NCBI GenBank assembly: GCA_963674745.2
Contig: CAXXDV010000001.1
Span: forward strand, 896,001-960,000
Direction of reading: 5' to 3'
Length of the DNA: 64,000 nt
DNA from: Desulfosudaceae bacterium
GTDB lineage: Bacteria; Desulfobacterota; Desulfobacteria; Desulfobacterales; Desulfosudaceae
Shown: positions 40,596-50,883 of the stretch, one piece after another
Position numbering within the stretch: position 1 is the stretch's first letter
How the letters are laid out: each line of letters opens with the position of its first letter
Made by a program: the position numbers and the translations under genes
Notes under the pieces: generated by a model
What the model was told of the DNA's origin: nothing
What the model saw: only the letters and a program-made list of their open reading frames with translations
Databases searched by the model: none

Positions 40596-42677
40596 ATGAC
40601 CAAAGACAAAGAAAAACGGTTCCCCCGCCTGGCCAGACAACTCCGTGAATCAGACGATGCGTCCGCGCTGGAAAAAGGGGTTGCCGACCTCCTCTCCGCC
40701 ATGACCCTGGGCGAAAAAATCGCGCAGATGTCCGGTAACGCGACATTATTCGACTTGGGCATTATGCTGGTCCGTTATAACCTGAAGACTTACAATTCAG
40801 GAGAGAACAAACGCCTGGGCATCCCGGCCATAAGGTTTACCGACGGTCCCCGCGGCATCACCGTGGGCAATTCGACCTGTTTTCCCGTATCCATGGCCCG
40901 GGGCGCCACCTGGGACCCGGCCCTTGAAGAAAAGGCCGGCAACGTCATGGGCACCGAAGCCAGGGCCCAGGGCGCCAATTTTTTCGGCGGTGTGTGTATC
41001 AATGTACTGCGACATCCCGGTTGGGGAAGAGCCCAGGAAACGTTCGGGGAAGACCCGCACCTGTTGGGGGAAATGGGCTCGGCCGCCATCCGGGGCGTCC
41101 AACCGCATGCCATGACCTGCGCCAAGCATTTTGCCTGCAACAGCATCGAAGAATCCCGGTTTTACGTGGATGTTCATATCGACGAGCAGGCCCTGCGTGA
41201 AGTCTATCTGCCTCATTTTAAAAAATGCGTTGACGCCGGTGCCGACTGCGTCATGAGCGCCTATAACCGCGTCAACGGCGAGTATTGCGGTCACAATGAA
41301 CACCTCCTGGCCGGCATTTTAAAAAACGAGTGGGACTTTAGCGGCTTTGTCATGTCTGATTTCTGCTACGGTGTTTATGACGCCCGGGACGGGGTCACGG
41401 CCGGCCTGGACATGGAAATGCCGGACACCAAATGTTACGGCAAAAAGCTTCGGAACCTGGTCGAACAAGGACAGATTCCGGAGGCGATCATCGACCGGGC
41501 AGTGACGCGGATTCTTGGCGCAAAGCTCAAATTCGCCCTTCGTGATCAGTCGGCCGCTTACACAAAAGACAAGATCGCCTGCCCCGGGCATACCCGCCTG
41601 GCTTACGAGGTGGCCTGTAAAAGCATGGTCCTGCTGAAAAACGACCACCACGCGCTTCCCCTGGACCGGACAAAAATCAAGCGCATCGCCGTACTGGGCC
41701 GCCTGGCCGACAAAGCCAACCTGGGGGACAAGGGCAGCAGCCTTGTCCGCCCGCCATACGTGGTGACACCGCTCGAAGGCATTAAAAACAAAGCCGGCAA
41801 AGACATCACCGTTCTGTCTTATACCGGTAATGATCCGACCCGGGCCGCGCAGACAGCCGCAAAGGCCGATGCAACGGTGATCGTGACCGGGCTGACCAGC
41901 CGACAGGAAGGGGAGTATTTCCCGCGCATCCGGGGCGGCGACCGCCTTGACCTTGGCCTTGACGAACAGGACATTAAACTGATCCATGCGGCCTGTAAAC
42001 AGGGCGGCCCCTGCATCGTCATACTCCAGGGCGGCTCGGCCATTAGCATGGAGGACTGGAAAGACGACGTCAGCGCCATCCTTATGGCATGGTATCCGGG
42101 CATGGAAGGCGGCCACGCCACGGCGGACATCCTCTTTGGCGATGTCAACCCCGGCGGCCGGTTACCGATCACCTTTTTCAAGTCAGAAGACCAGCTTTTC
42201 CCGTTTGACAAAAAAGCCCGAACCGTGACCTATGATCTCTATCACGGTTATCGTTACGCGGATCGAAACAGAATCGAACCGGCCTTTTATTTCGGGTTCG
42301 GACTGAGCTATACGCAGTTTTCATATTCAGACCTGGACCTTGTCGACGACACCCTTTCCTTGGACGGCACACTCAAGGCCAGGGTGGCTGTCACCAATAC
42401 CGGGCAAAAGGCAGGAGATGAAGTGACCCAGCTGTATATTCAATACCCGGCCGCGGATGTGCCCCGACCGGTCAAGGAGTTAAAAGCCTTTAAGCGGACT
42501 TCACTTTCTCCCGGAGAAACGAAAACCGTGGAGTTGACGATTTCCGTCAGCGATCTGGCTTATTATTCAACCGCCGACAAAAACTGGAAGGTTGCACTGG
42601 GGGAATACACTGTCCGGGTCGGGCCTTCGTCCAATCCGGACGATCTGAGACTGTCACGGACATTTATTGTACACTGA
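40596..42677 (+). CDS. GH3 beta-glucosidase/xylosidase
   Basis: DGPRG, GRAQETFGEDP, KHF, VMSD, VLLKN, FGFGLSYT, Fn3-like tail. Confidence 0.95.
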   Translation: MTKDKEKRFPRLARQLRESDDASALEKGVADLLSAMTLGEKIAQMSGNATLFDLGIMLVRYNLKTYNSGENKRLGIPAIRFTDGPRGITVGNSTCFPVSMARGATWDPALEEKAGNVMGTEARAQGANFFGGVCINVLRHPGWGRAQETFGEDPHLLGEMGSAAIRGVQPHAMTCAKHFACNSIEESRFYVDVHIDEQALREVYLPHFKKCVDAGADCVMSAYNRVNGEYCGHNEHLLAGILKNEWDFSGFVMSDFCYGVYDARDGVTAGLDMEMPDTKCYGKKLRNLVEQGQIPEAIIDRAVTRILGAKLKFALRDQSAAYTKDKIACPGHTRLAYEVACKSMVLLKNDHHALPLDRTKIKRIAVLGRLADKANLGDKGSSLVRPPYVVTPLEGIKNKAGKDITVLSYTGNDPTRAAQTAAKADATVIVTGLTSRQEGEYFPRIRGGDRLDLGLDEQDIKLIHAACKQGGPCIVILQGGSAISMEDWKDDVSAILMAWYPGMEGGHATADILFGDVNPGGRLPITFFKSEDQLFPFDKKARTVTYDLYHGYRYADRNRIEPAFYFGFGLSYTQFSYSDLDLVDDTLSLDGTLKARVAVTNTGQKAGDEVTQLYIQYPAADVPRPVKELKAFKRTSLSPGETKTVELTISVSDLAYYSTADKNWKVALGEYTVRVGPSSNPDDLRLSRTFIVH

Positions 42678-42679
42678 AT

Positions 42680-42711
42680 GTGATTAAGTGGTTATGTGGT
42701 TAAGTGATTAA
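42680..42711 (+). repeat. Four-copy 8-mer repeat GTGRTTAW
   Basis: GTGATTAA GTGGTTAT GTGGTTAA GTGATTAA. Confidence 0.6.
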
Positions 42712-42796
42712 GGAACTGAGAAATCCGCCGGGTGGCACCGGCAACTTGTTGCCGGTGTCCGTGGGACAGGAGAAAAAAAGAAGGGACATACCCATC

Positions 42797-44326
42797 ATGA
42801 CAGCATATTTTTTGGGTATCGACAGCGGCACCCAATCCACCAAAGCCCTGATCGTGGACGAAACCGGTCAGACAGTCGGCCGGGGCCAGAAAGCATATGA
42901 CCTGATCCAGGGTCTCGGCGCCGGTCACAAAGAACAGCACCCGCAGACATGGATTGACGCGCTTGCGGCAGCGGTCCATGAGGCATTAAAAAATTCCGGA
43001 ATCGATGCCGGACAAATAGCAGCCCTGGGCGTGTCCGGTCAGCAGCATGGATTCGTCCCCCTGGATGCCGAAGGCGAGGTTATCCGCCCGGCCAAGCTCT
43101 GGTGCGATACCGCCACCGCACCCCAGGCGGAAAAAATCGTCAACACTGTCGGCGGCCCGGATGAAATGATACGGCTGACCGGCAACGGCCTGCCGGCCGG
43201 GTTCACGGCTTCCAAAATTCTCTATTTAAAAGAACAGGAGCCGGACAATTATCAACACCTGGCCACGATCCTCCTGCCCCATGACTATATCAACTTCCGG
43301 CTGACCGGGGAAAAGCGCATGGAGTGGGGAGACGCCTCGGGCACCGGCCTGATGAATGTCCGCGCCCGAACGTTCTGTGAACCCGTCATCAACGCCATTG
43401 ATCCGGGTATAAAAAATTTCCTGCCGGATCTTTACCCCTCATGGGAAGCCTGCGGCCGGCTTATCCCGACAGCCGCGGAATTGCTCGGCCTCAAGCCGGA
43501 CATCCTGGTCAGCGCCGGCGGGGGCGACAACATGATGGCCGCCATGGGCACGGGCAATGTGCAACCGGGCATTGTCACCGCCAGCGTCGGTACCTCCGGT
43601 ACCATTTACGCTTTCAACCCCGAACCGGTGATTGATCCCGGCGGAGAGATCGCCGCTTTCTGCGACAGCACCGGCCACTGGCTGCCGCTGCTGTGCGTCA
43701 TGAACGCCACCGTGGCCACCGAACTGGTCAAACAGCTCTTTTCCCTGGCCACCGATGAACTCAACCGCCTGGCCGGACAGGTTCCGCCGGGCGCGGACGG
43801 CTTGATGCTGCTGCCCTATTTCGAGGGTGAACGGGTGCCGGATGTCCCGGACGGTTCCGGCGTCTGGTTCGGCCAGAACCAGACCAATGCCACACCCGCC
43901 CATTTATCGCGGGCCGCCATGGAAGGTGTCGCTCTGGGCATGGGATACGGCCTGGCAAGACTGAAGGACCTGGGCATTGCGCCGACGGAAATCAGGTTGA
44001 CCGGCGGCGGCGGCAACAGCCCGGTGTGGCGACAGATCATGGCCGATGTGTTTCAAACCGGAGTGGTCTGCACCCGCCAGACAGAAAGCGCGGCTTTTGG
44101 CGCGGCCATCCAGGCCGCCTGGACCTGGTATTCGCAAACAGACCGACCGGTTGATATCACCGACATCACAGGTGCCTGGGTCGGCCTTGATGAATCAACC
44201 CGCTGTGCGCCGCACCCGGAATACAGGCCCCTTTATGAAGAGATGCAGGGTTGCCACAACGCGCTTTCCCGATCCACGCGGGATGTTTTTGCCCGCCATC
44301 ACCGCCTGTTTTCTTCACAGGAGTAA
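42797..44326 (+). CDS. xylB: Xylulokinase
   Basis: LGIDSGTQSTK, SGQQHG, GGGDN, GTSG, GERVP. Confidence 0.9.
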   Translation: MTAYFLGIDSGTQSTKALIVDETGQTVGRGQKAYDLIQGLGAGHKEQHPQTWIDALAAAVHEALKNSGIDAGQIAALGVSGQQHGFVPLDAEGEVIRPAKLWCDTATAPQAEKIVNTVGGPDEMIRLTGNGLPAGFTASKILYLKEQEPDNYQHLATILLPHDYINFRLTGEKRMEWGDASGTGLMNVRARTFCEPVINAIDPGIKNFLPDLYPSWEACGRLIPTAAELLGLKPDILVSAGGGDNMMAAMGTGNVQPGIVTASVGTSGTIYAFNPEPVIDPGGEIAAFCDSTGHWLPLLCVMNATVATELVKQLFSLATDELNRLAGQVPPGADGLMLLPYFEGERVPDVPDGSGVWFGQNQTNATPAHLSRAAMEGVALGMGYGLARLKDLGIAPTEIRLTGGGGNSPVWRQIMADVFQTGVVCTRQTESAAFGAAIQAAWTWYSQTDRPVDITDITGAWVGLDESTRCAPHPEYRPLYEEMQGCHNALSRSTRDVFARHHRLFSSQE

Positions 44327-44333
44327 CAGCGTT

Positions 44334-44495
44334 TTACTTCTTTTTCGCGACCACCCATACGCCGTGAACAATACCGGGGATATAACCGAGTAACGTCAAA
44401 ATAATATTGATCCAGAAATGTTTCCCAATACCAACCTGCAGAAACACGCCCAAAGGCGGCAGAATGATGACGCAGATAATTTTTAATATCTCCAT
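44334..44495 (-). CDS. YqaE/Pmp3 family small membrane protein (53 aa, not in ORF track)
   Basis: MEILKIICVIILPPLGVFLQVGIGKHFWINIILTLLGYIPGIVHGVWVVAKKK; GGAG RBS. Confidence 0.9.
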   Translation of the reverse strand: MEILKIICVIILPPLGVFLQVGIGKHFWINIILTLLGYIPGIVHGVWVVAKKK

Positions 44496-44560
44496 AACCC
44501 GCTCCCTTTATTATTGCCGTTGATTTTGAATGTTCCGACACTGCACATGGCAGGGCGTTC

Positions 44561-45025
44561 TTACTTTAGCCTGAAACTCCTTACGCATCTTAGCAATTCA
44601 CCTGAAACATTTTTCCACTGGGATTCACCGGCAGTCGCGGTCACAACAAACATGTTGCCGCCTTTTTTTTGAGCAACGCCGTACCAGTGCAGCAAACGGT
44701 TCTGAATTTTCCCGGTATATTCAAAAACTACCTTATCGGTGACAAAACTTTGTTGAATCTTTTTAAACCCCACCCGGCCAAACTGAGCCTCGGTCATGTC
44801 TGCGAATGACTTCAGGCTGTCCGGATATTCTTTTACGGACACATTGATGTTCGGCGCGAACCCGTCCGATACCGGCAGCAGCATTATCAGCATCCGGCGG
44901 CTTGAGTCGTATTGCACATTGCCGATTGAATTGATCGAGAACTGATCGTTTTCATATGCCCAGGCAGCATAAGAAACACCAAACAGCAACAGAACCATCA
45001 CTGAAATTCTGAAACACCTCTTCAT
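44561..45025 (-). CDS. Secreted protein, PsbP/DcrB-like
   Basis: Signal peptide, FAPNINV, C-terminal VRSFRL. Confidence 0.65.
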   Translation of the reverse strand: MKRCFRISVMVLLLFGVSYAAWAYENDQFSINSIGNVQYDSSRRMLIMLLPVSDGFAPNINVSVKEYPDSLKSFADMTEAQFGRVGFKKIQQSFVTDKVVFEYTGKIQNRLLHWYGVAQKKGGNMFVVTATAGESQWKNVSGELLRCVRSFRLK

Positions 45026-45094
45026 AAATCCTCCCCGCCTGGAAATCGGCATCTGTAAATTTACAAATATTTTCTTTAACAGGCTAAACACCGC

Positions 45095-45511
45095 TTAGTT
45101 TGTATTGGCCTGTCCGGCAGAATGAAAATCAACCTTCACGGACGATTTGATCTGGAGGAGGGACTGCTGGTGAAACTTTTTTGCGTATGCCTGAGCAATG
45201 GCGTTTAATTTATCCTCCGTGCCTTCGGTGTCAGGCGCGACCACGATCATGACCCGGGAAGGCTCACGATATGTTTCCGCACCACTTCGCCAGAAACCAT
45301 TGGCGGGAATCACCGTAAAACCGTCAGGAAACCGTTTTGCGATCTCTTCATCCCGGAACTGGTGCCATTGCCGGTCAGAAACAATTGTTTTACCCGAGTC
45401 CCCGCTGAGCCCGAAACACATCTCGTAACGGGACCATTTGGGCTGAACGGCACAACCAAAAACAAGGCTGGCCGCCAGGAAAAGTACAACTGGTATTATG
45501 GATTGTTTCAT
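45095..45511 (-). CDS. DUF3574-like lipoprotein
   Basis: Lipobox VFGC, RFPDGFTV, REPSRV. Confidence 0.8.
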   Translation of the reverse strand: MKQSIIPVVLFLAASLVFGCAVQPKWSRYEMCFGLSGDSGKTIVSDRQWHQFRDEEIAKRFPDGFTVIPANGFWRSGAETYREPSRVMIVVAPDTEGTEDKLNAIAQAYAKKFHQQSLLQIKSSVKVDFHSAGQANTN

Positions 45512-45517
45512 ATCCCT

Positions 45518-45850
45518 TTATTTTCCTGCCGGCAGGTAATCCGCTCTTACAGGGGAAAACACTTCAATCGCCACGGCGTCTTCCAGAATTTCCGCGCCAT
45601 GCTCGACATTTCCGGGAATGCACCAGCTGTCGCCGGGCGTCACCACATGCTCTTCCGCATCGATAAACAGCCGGATACGACCACTGACAAGATAACCCGT
45701 CTGTTCATGGGGATGGGAATGCTGAGGCAACCGACTGCCTTTTTTCAATACAAATTCGGTCATCAGGGTGTTTTCACCATATACCAGCGTTTTCTGTTCG
45801 ATTCCCGGAACAGCCGGCGTATAACCGACTTTAGTGTGTTTCTGGAACAT
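45518..45850 (-). CDS. Cupin domain protein
   Basis: [21 protein letters not shown]. Confidence 0.92.
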   Translation of the reverse strand: MFQKHTKVGYTPAVPGIEQKTLVYGENTLMTEFVLKKGSRLPQHSHPHEQTGYLVSGRIRLFIDAEEHVVTPGDSWCIPGNVEHGAEILEDAVAIEVFSPVRADYLPAGK

Positions 45851-45870
45851 TTACTTTCCCGAATATTTAT

Positions 45871-45909
45871 CGAATGCCCTGACTGTCTTTTTGAGCTTCC
45901 TTGTTGACC
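45871..45909 (-). repeat. Half attC, family B remnant
   Basis: CGAATGCCCTGACTGTC...TTGTTGACC resembles right half of family B. Confidence 0.55.
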
Positions 45910-45911
45910 TA

Positions 45912-46295
45912 TTATTTCTTATAGGCGGGTTTTAAGCCGGCAAACATTGGATAATGATTTACATTAAGGGTTTTTAACTCGGCTTTTTCTGCGTCAGCTG
46001 TTGCAGCCAGGATGGCGTCCGCAAGCCCTATACCATGAGACTTGCCATAATCACGTTTGTAAAGTCCGCCTGTTTTTGCAATTTCAGCAGTCAAAGGCAC
46101 AACACGAAACAAGGAGATAAAATTCTCTAATACAAATAGCTCCGTATCGCCTTTTACACCAGCATACAATTCGGCAACAACAATTGGAGAGAGGATTAAT
46201 CGAGAAGAAAATTTATTTACAAACGCAACGGCCTTTTCTTGACCACGTAAAAAATCAACCAGCACATCAGTGTCAACAAGGATTGATTTTGGCAT
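45912..46295 (-). CDS. vapC: VapC PIN-domain toxin
   Basis: LVDTDVLVDFLRG, ADAILAATA, TLNVNHY. Confidence 0.92.
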   Translation of the reverse strand: MPKSILVDTDVLVDFLRGQEKAVAFVNKFSSRLILSPIVVAELYAGVKGDTELFVLENFISLFRVVPLTAEIAKTGGLYKRDYGKSHGIGLADAILAATADAEKAELKTLNVNHYPMFAGLKPAYKK

Positions 46296-46297
46296 AA

Positions 46298-46531
46298 TTA
46301 TTCTCTATCCCAATCTGACCTTAAGGCCCTGAAGGGAGGAAGATCTTTACGATTTTTCCAGATTCCAGCAGCCTCTTGTAATGCTGTTTTTTTCCGATTT
46401 TGCCCGGCCTGGTCGATAAGTCGATCAATTGCCTCGCGGATGAGCTCACTCTGTTTTTTACCAAGATCCCTTGCAATAACAGATAGTTCAGCCCGCTGTT
46501 TATCTGTCAGGTACACTTGTGTTCGAATCAT
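46298..46531 (-). CDS. RHH/CopG antitoxin
   Basis: MIRTQVYL...SELIREAID; upstream TTGACA and TATACATTA direct repeats. Confidence 0.88.
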   Translation of the reverse strand: MIRTQVYLTDKQRAELSVIARDLGKKQSELIREAIDRLIDQAGQNRKKTALQEAAGIWKNRKDLPPFRALRSDWDRE

Positions 46532-46588
46532 ATTGCACCTCCACTGAAGTATACATTACACATATACATTAAAATGACATTTTGTCAA

Positions 46589-46677
46589 GGCCAACGGTTA
46601 AGGTCACTTGCGCCGCCAAAGAACTTGATCGTGAGGCCGCAGACGTGCTCGGAGTCAAGTGGACCGCCTGGTTCGGC
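46589..46677 (-). repeat. attC site
   Basis: GGCCAAC...GGTCACTTG/CAAGTGGACC...GTTCGGC. Confidence 0.75.
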
Positions 46678-46679
46678 TG

Positions 46680-46900
46680 TTATTTATGAACGTCCCTTTG
46701 AGGGAATGGTATAGTTAGTCCGGCGGCTTCAATCTGTTCATTTATCTTTTTGTTTGCATCCCAATAGACGTCCCAGTAATTTTCAACGCTGGCCCACGCC
46801 CTTAACTGCAAATTCACCGAGCTGTCTGCCATAGCCTGTACCATCATTTTGGGTGCTGGTTCAGCCAGAAATCGTGGTTCATTCTGAATAACAGAAATAG
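46680..46900 (-). pseudogene. 3' fragment of MscS mechanosensitive channel
   Basis: ...ADSSVNLQLRAW...AGLTIPFPQRDVHK*; 5' part absent. Confidence 0.8.
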
Positions 46901-47179
46901 TAATGATATAGTCGGCCTGTCTTTTGTCCCGTTTTTTGATTTTGTGGAGATTTAAGGTTGTTATTAAATAAAATCACATCATTTCGAAGAAATCAACGAT
47001 ATCTGTTGTTATCAAACCATTATAAGAATTATAAAGATCGTCGCTTCTACCACGAAAACGGCCCGCCTAGCTATGGTTTTTGGGAAAGATTATTGAGACC
47101 CGGCAACCCTTCTTATCATAACCGGATTTTTATAATAAATTAATGTGATATAGCTTAGAAACCTTTGACTTCAACAAGC

Positions 47180-47324
47180 CCGGTTATTTCACGAGTCGAG
47201 TTTGCCGCAGATGCGAGGCGCAGTATGCGAAGCCGTAGTGAACTACTGCGAGCATGCTGCAACAAAGCAGGTGCGGTGAAATCGGCTCGCCCGGAGGGTG
47301 AATTTTTTGATATAAATTGACCGG
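47180..47324. repeat. Long nested imperfect palindrome (MITE-like or structured RNA)
   Basis: CGAGTCGAGTTTGCCGCA/TGCGGTGAAATCGGCTCG, GCAGTATGC/GCATGCTGC, GTAG/CTAC. Confidence 0.6.
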
Positions 47325-47525
47325 ATTCCTTCAAAATAACAATTACAGTTTGCATTTTGTCTAAACGGATAAAATATGACATAACATATTGAAATATAAT
47401 CATAATAAATTCAATATCAAAAAATCTCATGAAATATCGGGCTAGCTGCTCTGACACAAAAATATATACATACCATATAATATATACTATTAATTGTTCA
47501 GGGACTTAATCTGAAGCGGGAAATC

Positions 47526-50500
47526 ATGCAATACCTTCAAAAAACATTTAATTTGCTTCACTATACCTGTCTACGGATTGCTGTAATTATTTGTTTAGTT
47601 GCCTTGATTGGTTTTTATGGGTGTGGTGGCGGGAGTCACAGTTCATCCTCAACTCCCGGGGATGGGGATAATGGCAGCGATGAATCACCAACAGTGCAAG
47701 AAGGCGTGCTCATCGATAGTCCAGTAAAAGGTTTGAATTTTAAAACAAACTCTCAGGCGGGTATTACAGATGATAATGGTACTTTTTTATATTTGAATGG
47801 TGAAACGATCGAGTTTTTACTGGGTAGCCTTTCTTTGGGACAGACGATTGGTAAATTGCAACTATCTCCGATTGATCTCATAAACAGCATTGAAGGCGAC
47901 ACCAACCCTGCTGTAGTGAATATCTGCCGACTTTTACAGTCTCTTGATAGTGATAATAACCTGGATAACGGAATCCAGATTGATCCGCAGGTCATAAATC
48001 AAATTAACGGCCTGCAGACAGCTTTTAATTTTGACGCAGATTTTTTTTATGATGATGAGAATGTTCAAGCACTTTTTGATGCATTGAATGATGCCGGCGT
48101 CTTTGCTAATGGTCCCCGTAAATTAAAATCCAAGGCGCAAGCCATCACTCATTTACGAAAGAGTTTGGGTTTAGACGAATGTTCTCCTTGTGAAGGCAAG
48201 GTCAGCGAGTTGACCTTACAATATAATGGGCGTTCTAACCCCCGGGTTAAAATTGTACAAGAAGACGGAGAAGTGGTTTTTGATGGTGCGGTTTCTCCCA
48301 GTGAACAGTTTACTATTGCCGGCCGGGACGACAAAGGGACATTGAGTCCGTGGGTTATGGTTTATATAAATAATATTGAACAGTCCCAAGTCCATACCAG
48401 TTGTTCTGTCCCGATAGGGCCCGGACTGATTATCGGTGATTTTGAAATTATTTCCGGTTTCAGTCGTAATGGCGGTCCGCTTTGTCCGGTAGCTGAAGAT
48501 GATACCGGGGATAATGGTGATAACGACATTGATGGTGATAACGATCAACCGAACACATATTATCTTGATGCTGATGGAGACGGATACGGTAATCCCGGAA
48601 CTTACACTCAGGCAGTAACCGCGCCGGCCGGGTTTGTAAGTGACAACACGGACTGTAATGATAATGATGCAACCATAAATCCAGGCGCCGATGAGGTCTG
48701 TGGGGATGATATCGACAATAACTGTGACAATACGCTTGATGACGGTTGTGCATATTATTATCAGGATGCAGATCAAGACACTTATGGTGATTCCACAATG
48801 AGTGTTTTTGGATCTTCTGCGCCAGCGGGCTATGTGGACGACGGTACAGACTGCAATGACGAAAATTCCAATATCAATCCGGGCGCGACTGAAATTTGTG
48901 ATGGATTAGACAATGATTGTGATGGATTCATAGATGAGGGATGCCGTTATTATTACCGGGATTCGGATGGCGATGGATACGGTAATCCTGCGATAGTTAC
49001 TTTTGCACGTTTTGCTCCGGCTGGATATGTAATCAACGACACAGACTGCGATGATACTGATATAACGGCTTATCCCGGCGCAGATGAACTCTGTGACGGG
49101 AAAGACAACAACTGTGACGGTATAATTGATGAGCCGGCGGCGGGAACGGCGGATGTGACATTTGCCGGTCTTCTTGAAGAGATGGTCAATCGCGAAGGCT
49201 TCATGCTGAATACAGCGCCGGAATACACGTCGGCCATGTTCAGCAGTTATGACAGGGGCTCAATCCCGGAAGGGCGTGATAATTTGGATTTTTGCCAGTA
49301 CGTTCGCCAGGAGTTGATTGACGGCAGGAACGAGTGGGTCATGTTTGACCATGAGGGACCGGGGGCGGTGGTGCGTATCTGGCTGACCGCGCCATTATAC
49401 CAGGGTACCATCCGGATTTATCTGAATTCTTCAGACACGCCGGTCATTGAAGGCGCACCGGACGATATTGTGGGAAAACAGGCGCTGGTGGGAAGCCCCC
49501 TGTCCGCGGAACGCTCCCTCGGGATGAATCTCTATCTGCCGATTCCGTATGCCTGTCACTGCAAGATCACCTATGACGGCAACAACTGTTTTGAGACCTT
49601 AGACCCGGATGACCTCTTTTATTACCAGATCAACTATCGTACCTATGCAGCGGGTACCACGGTTCAATCGTTCTCCATGGACGATCTTACGACCTATGGC
49701 ACGGAAATTCAGAACGCTCAGGACCATCTGTCCACACCGTCAATGTCTGTTTCCGCACCGGACAGAACCATCAGCGGCACTCCGGGGATTGTGCTGGACC
49801 CCGGCGAAACGTTTGAACAGCCGGTTTCAGGCCCCGGGGCCATCACCCGGTTGCAAATCTCTTTAGACAGTGCCGCAGACGTAGATCAAGCCTTGCGGTC
49901 AACGGTTCTGGCGATCGATTTTGACGGTGTTACCAGGGTCTGGAGCCCTGTCGGCGACTTTTTCGGCTCGGGTCCGGGACGTTATCCTTATGTCACATGG
50001 TGGCAGGAAGTGTCCGGTGATAACACGATGACGTCACGATGGGTCATGCCGTTTCAGGCAACGGCCGTCATCCGGTTCATCAATCTCGGCAGCCAGCAGG
50101 TTACGGTTTCTCTGAAGGATACAGCGGTGATAGACGATGCCTGGCGGGAGGGGTATTCCATGTATTTTCATGCCACATGGCACAGCCAGCGCAATATCCC
50201 GGTTACAGCGTTTACAGGCAGTGATTGGAATTATGTGACCATCAGCGGGAAGGGCCTGTATATGGGGGATACCCTTACGGTATATAACCGTGCTTCTGTA
50301 TGGTGGGGAGAGGGAGATTCCAAGATATGGGTGGATGGCGATACATTCCCGTCATTTTTCGGGACCGGAACCGAGGATTATTACGGATATGCGTTCTGCG
50401 GGGATGGCGGTACTTATGAGGCGCCGTTTCATGCCCAGCCCCGGGGAGAGGGCGATTCGGATAACATCGGCTATACCACAAACACGCGCACACGCAGCCT

Positions 50501-50666
50501 GGACGCGATACCCTTTACCAGCAGGCTGCAGGTCGATATGGAACTCTGGCACTGGGCGACAACAGGGATGGACTACGCGGTGACCTGCTACTGGTACGCC
50601 TTTGACGGGGCGACATCAAACCGGGTTGCCGAGCCGGATGAAGCCGCCGCCCAGCTTGTTGAGTAG
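47526..50666 (+). CDS. Large modular lipoprotein with Cys/Asp repeats and C-terminal DUF2961/GH172-like domain
   Basis: Lipobox FYGC; 3 repeats of YYxDxDxDxYG...DCxD...PGAxExC...DNxCD; WGEGD..WVDG..FPS..GTGTEDYYG. Confidence 0.85.
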   Translation: MQYLQKTFNLLHYTCLRIAVIICLVALIGFYGCGGGSHSSSSTPGDGDNGSDESPTVQEGVLIDSPVKGLNFKTNSQAGITDDNGTFLYLNGETIEFLLGSLSLGQTIGKLQLSPIDLINSIEGDTNPAVVNICRLLQSLDSDNNLDNGIQIDPQVINQINGLQTAFNFDADFFYDDENVQALFDALNDAGVFANGPRKLKSKAQAITHLRKSLGLDECSPCEGKVSELTLQYNGRSNPRVKIVQEDGEVVFDGAVSPSEQFTIAGRDDKGTLSPWVMVYINNIEQSQVHTSCSVPIGPGLIIGDFEIISGFSRNGGPLCPVAEDDTGDNGDNDIDGDNDQPNTYYLDADGDGYGNPGTYTQAVTAPAGFVSDNTDCNDNDATINPGADEVCGDDIDNNCDNTLDDGCAYYYQDADQDTYGDSTMSVFGSSAPAGYVDDGTDCNDENSNINPGATEICDGLDNDCDGFIDEGCRYYYRDSDGDGYGNPAIVTFARFAPAGYVINDTDCDDTDITAYPGADELCDGKDNNCDGIIDEPAAGTADVTFAGLLEEMVNREGFMLNTAPEYTSAMFSSYDRGSIPEGRDNLDFCQYVRQELIDGRNEWVMFDHEGPGAVVRIWLTAPLYQGTIRIYLNSSDTPVIEGAPDDIVGKQALVGSPLSAERSLGMNLYLPIPYACHCKITYDGNNCFETLDPDDLFYYQINYRTYAAGTTVQSFSMDDLTTYGTEIQNAQDHLSTPSMSVSAPDRTISGTPGIVLDPGETFEQPVSGPGAITRLQISLDSAADVDQALRSTVLAIDFDGVTRVWSPVGDFFGSGPGRYPYVTWWQEVSGDNTMTSRWVMPFQATAVIRFINLGSQQVTVSLKDTAVIDDAWREGYSMYFHATWHSQRNIPVTAFTGSDWNYVTISGKGLYMGDTLTVYNRASVWWGEGDSKIWVDGDTFPSFFGTGTEDYYGYAFCGDGGTYEAPFHAQPRGEGDSDNIGYTTNTRTRSLDAIPFTSRLQVDMELWHWATTGMDYAVTCYWYAFDGATSNRVAEPDEAAAQLVE

Positions 50667-50811
50667 TACCCGGCCAGAGTTTTTCGTGACATATCCGGGC
50701 TATCCCCGGGCAGCTTTTATGCCGATCCTTACCTTGTCCTTGTCAATCCATTACTTTTATGTTTTCACCTCCTGGTAAGAACCAGCATAATTTTACCCTC
50801 CTTGGTTTTGT

Positions 50812-50847
50812 TGTTAACGTCCACGGTCCCTTATCAACGTGTTAGCA
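50812..50847 (-). repeat. Highly degenerate attC remnant
   Basis: TGTTAAC...GTTAGCA, only 36 bp. Confidence 0.35.
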
Positions 50848-50883
50848 CGTTTTTTAGGATTGAGCCGTATGAGATGTATGTCC

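Noticed and set aside
44299..44541. 80-aa ORF from the track
   Set aside because: Wrong frame; the real gene is the 53-aa YqaE/Pmp3 protein at 44334-44495
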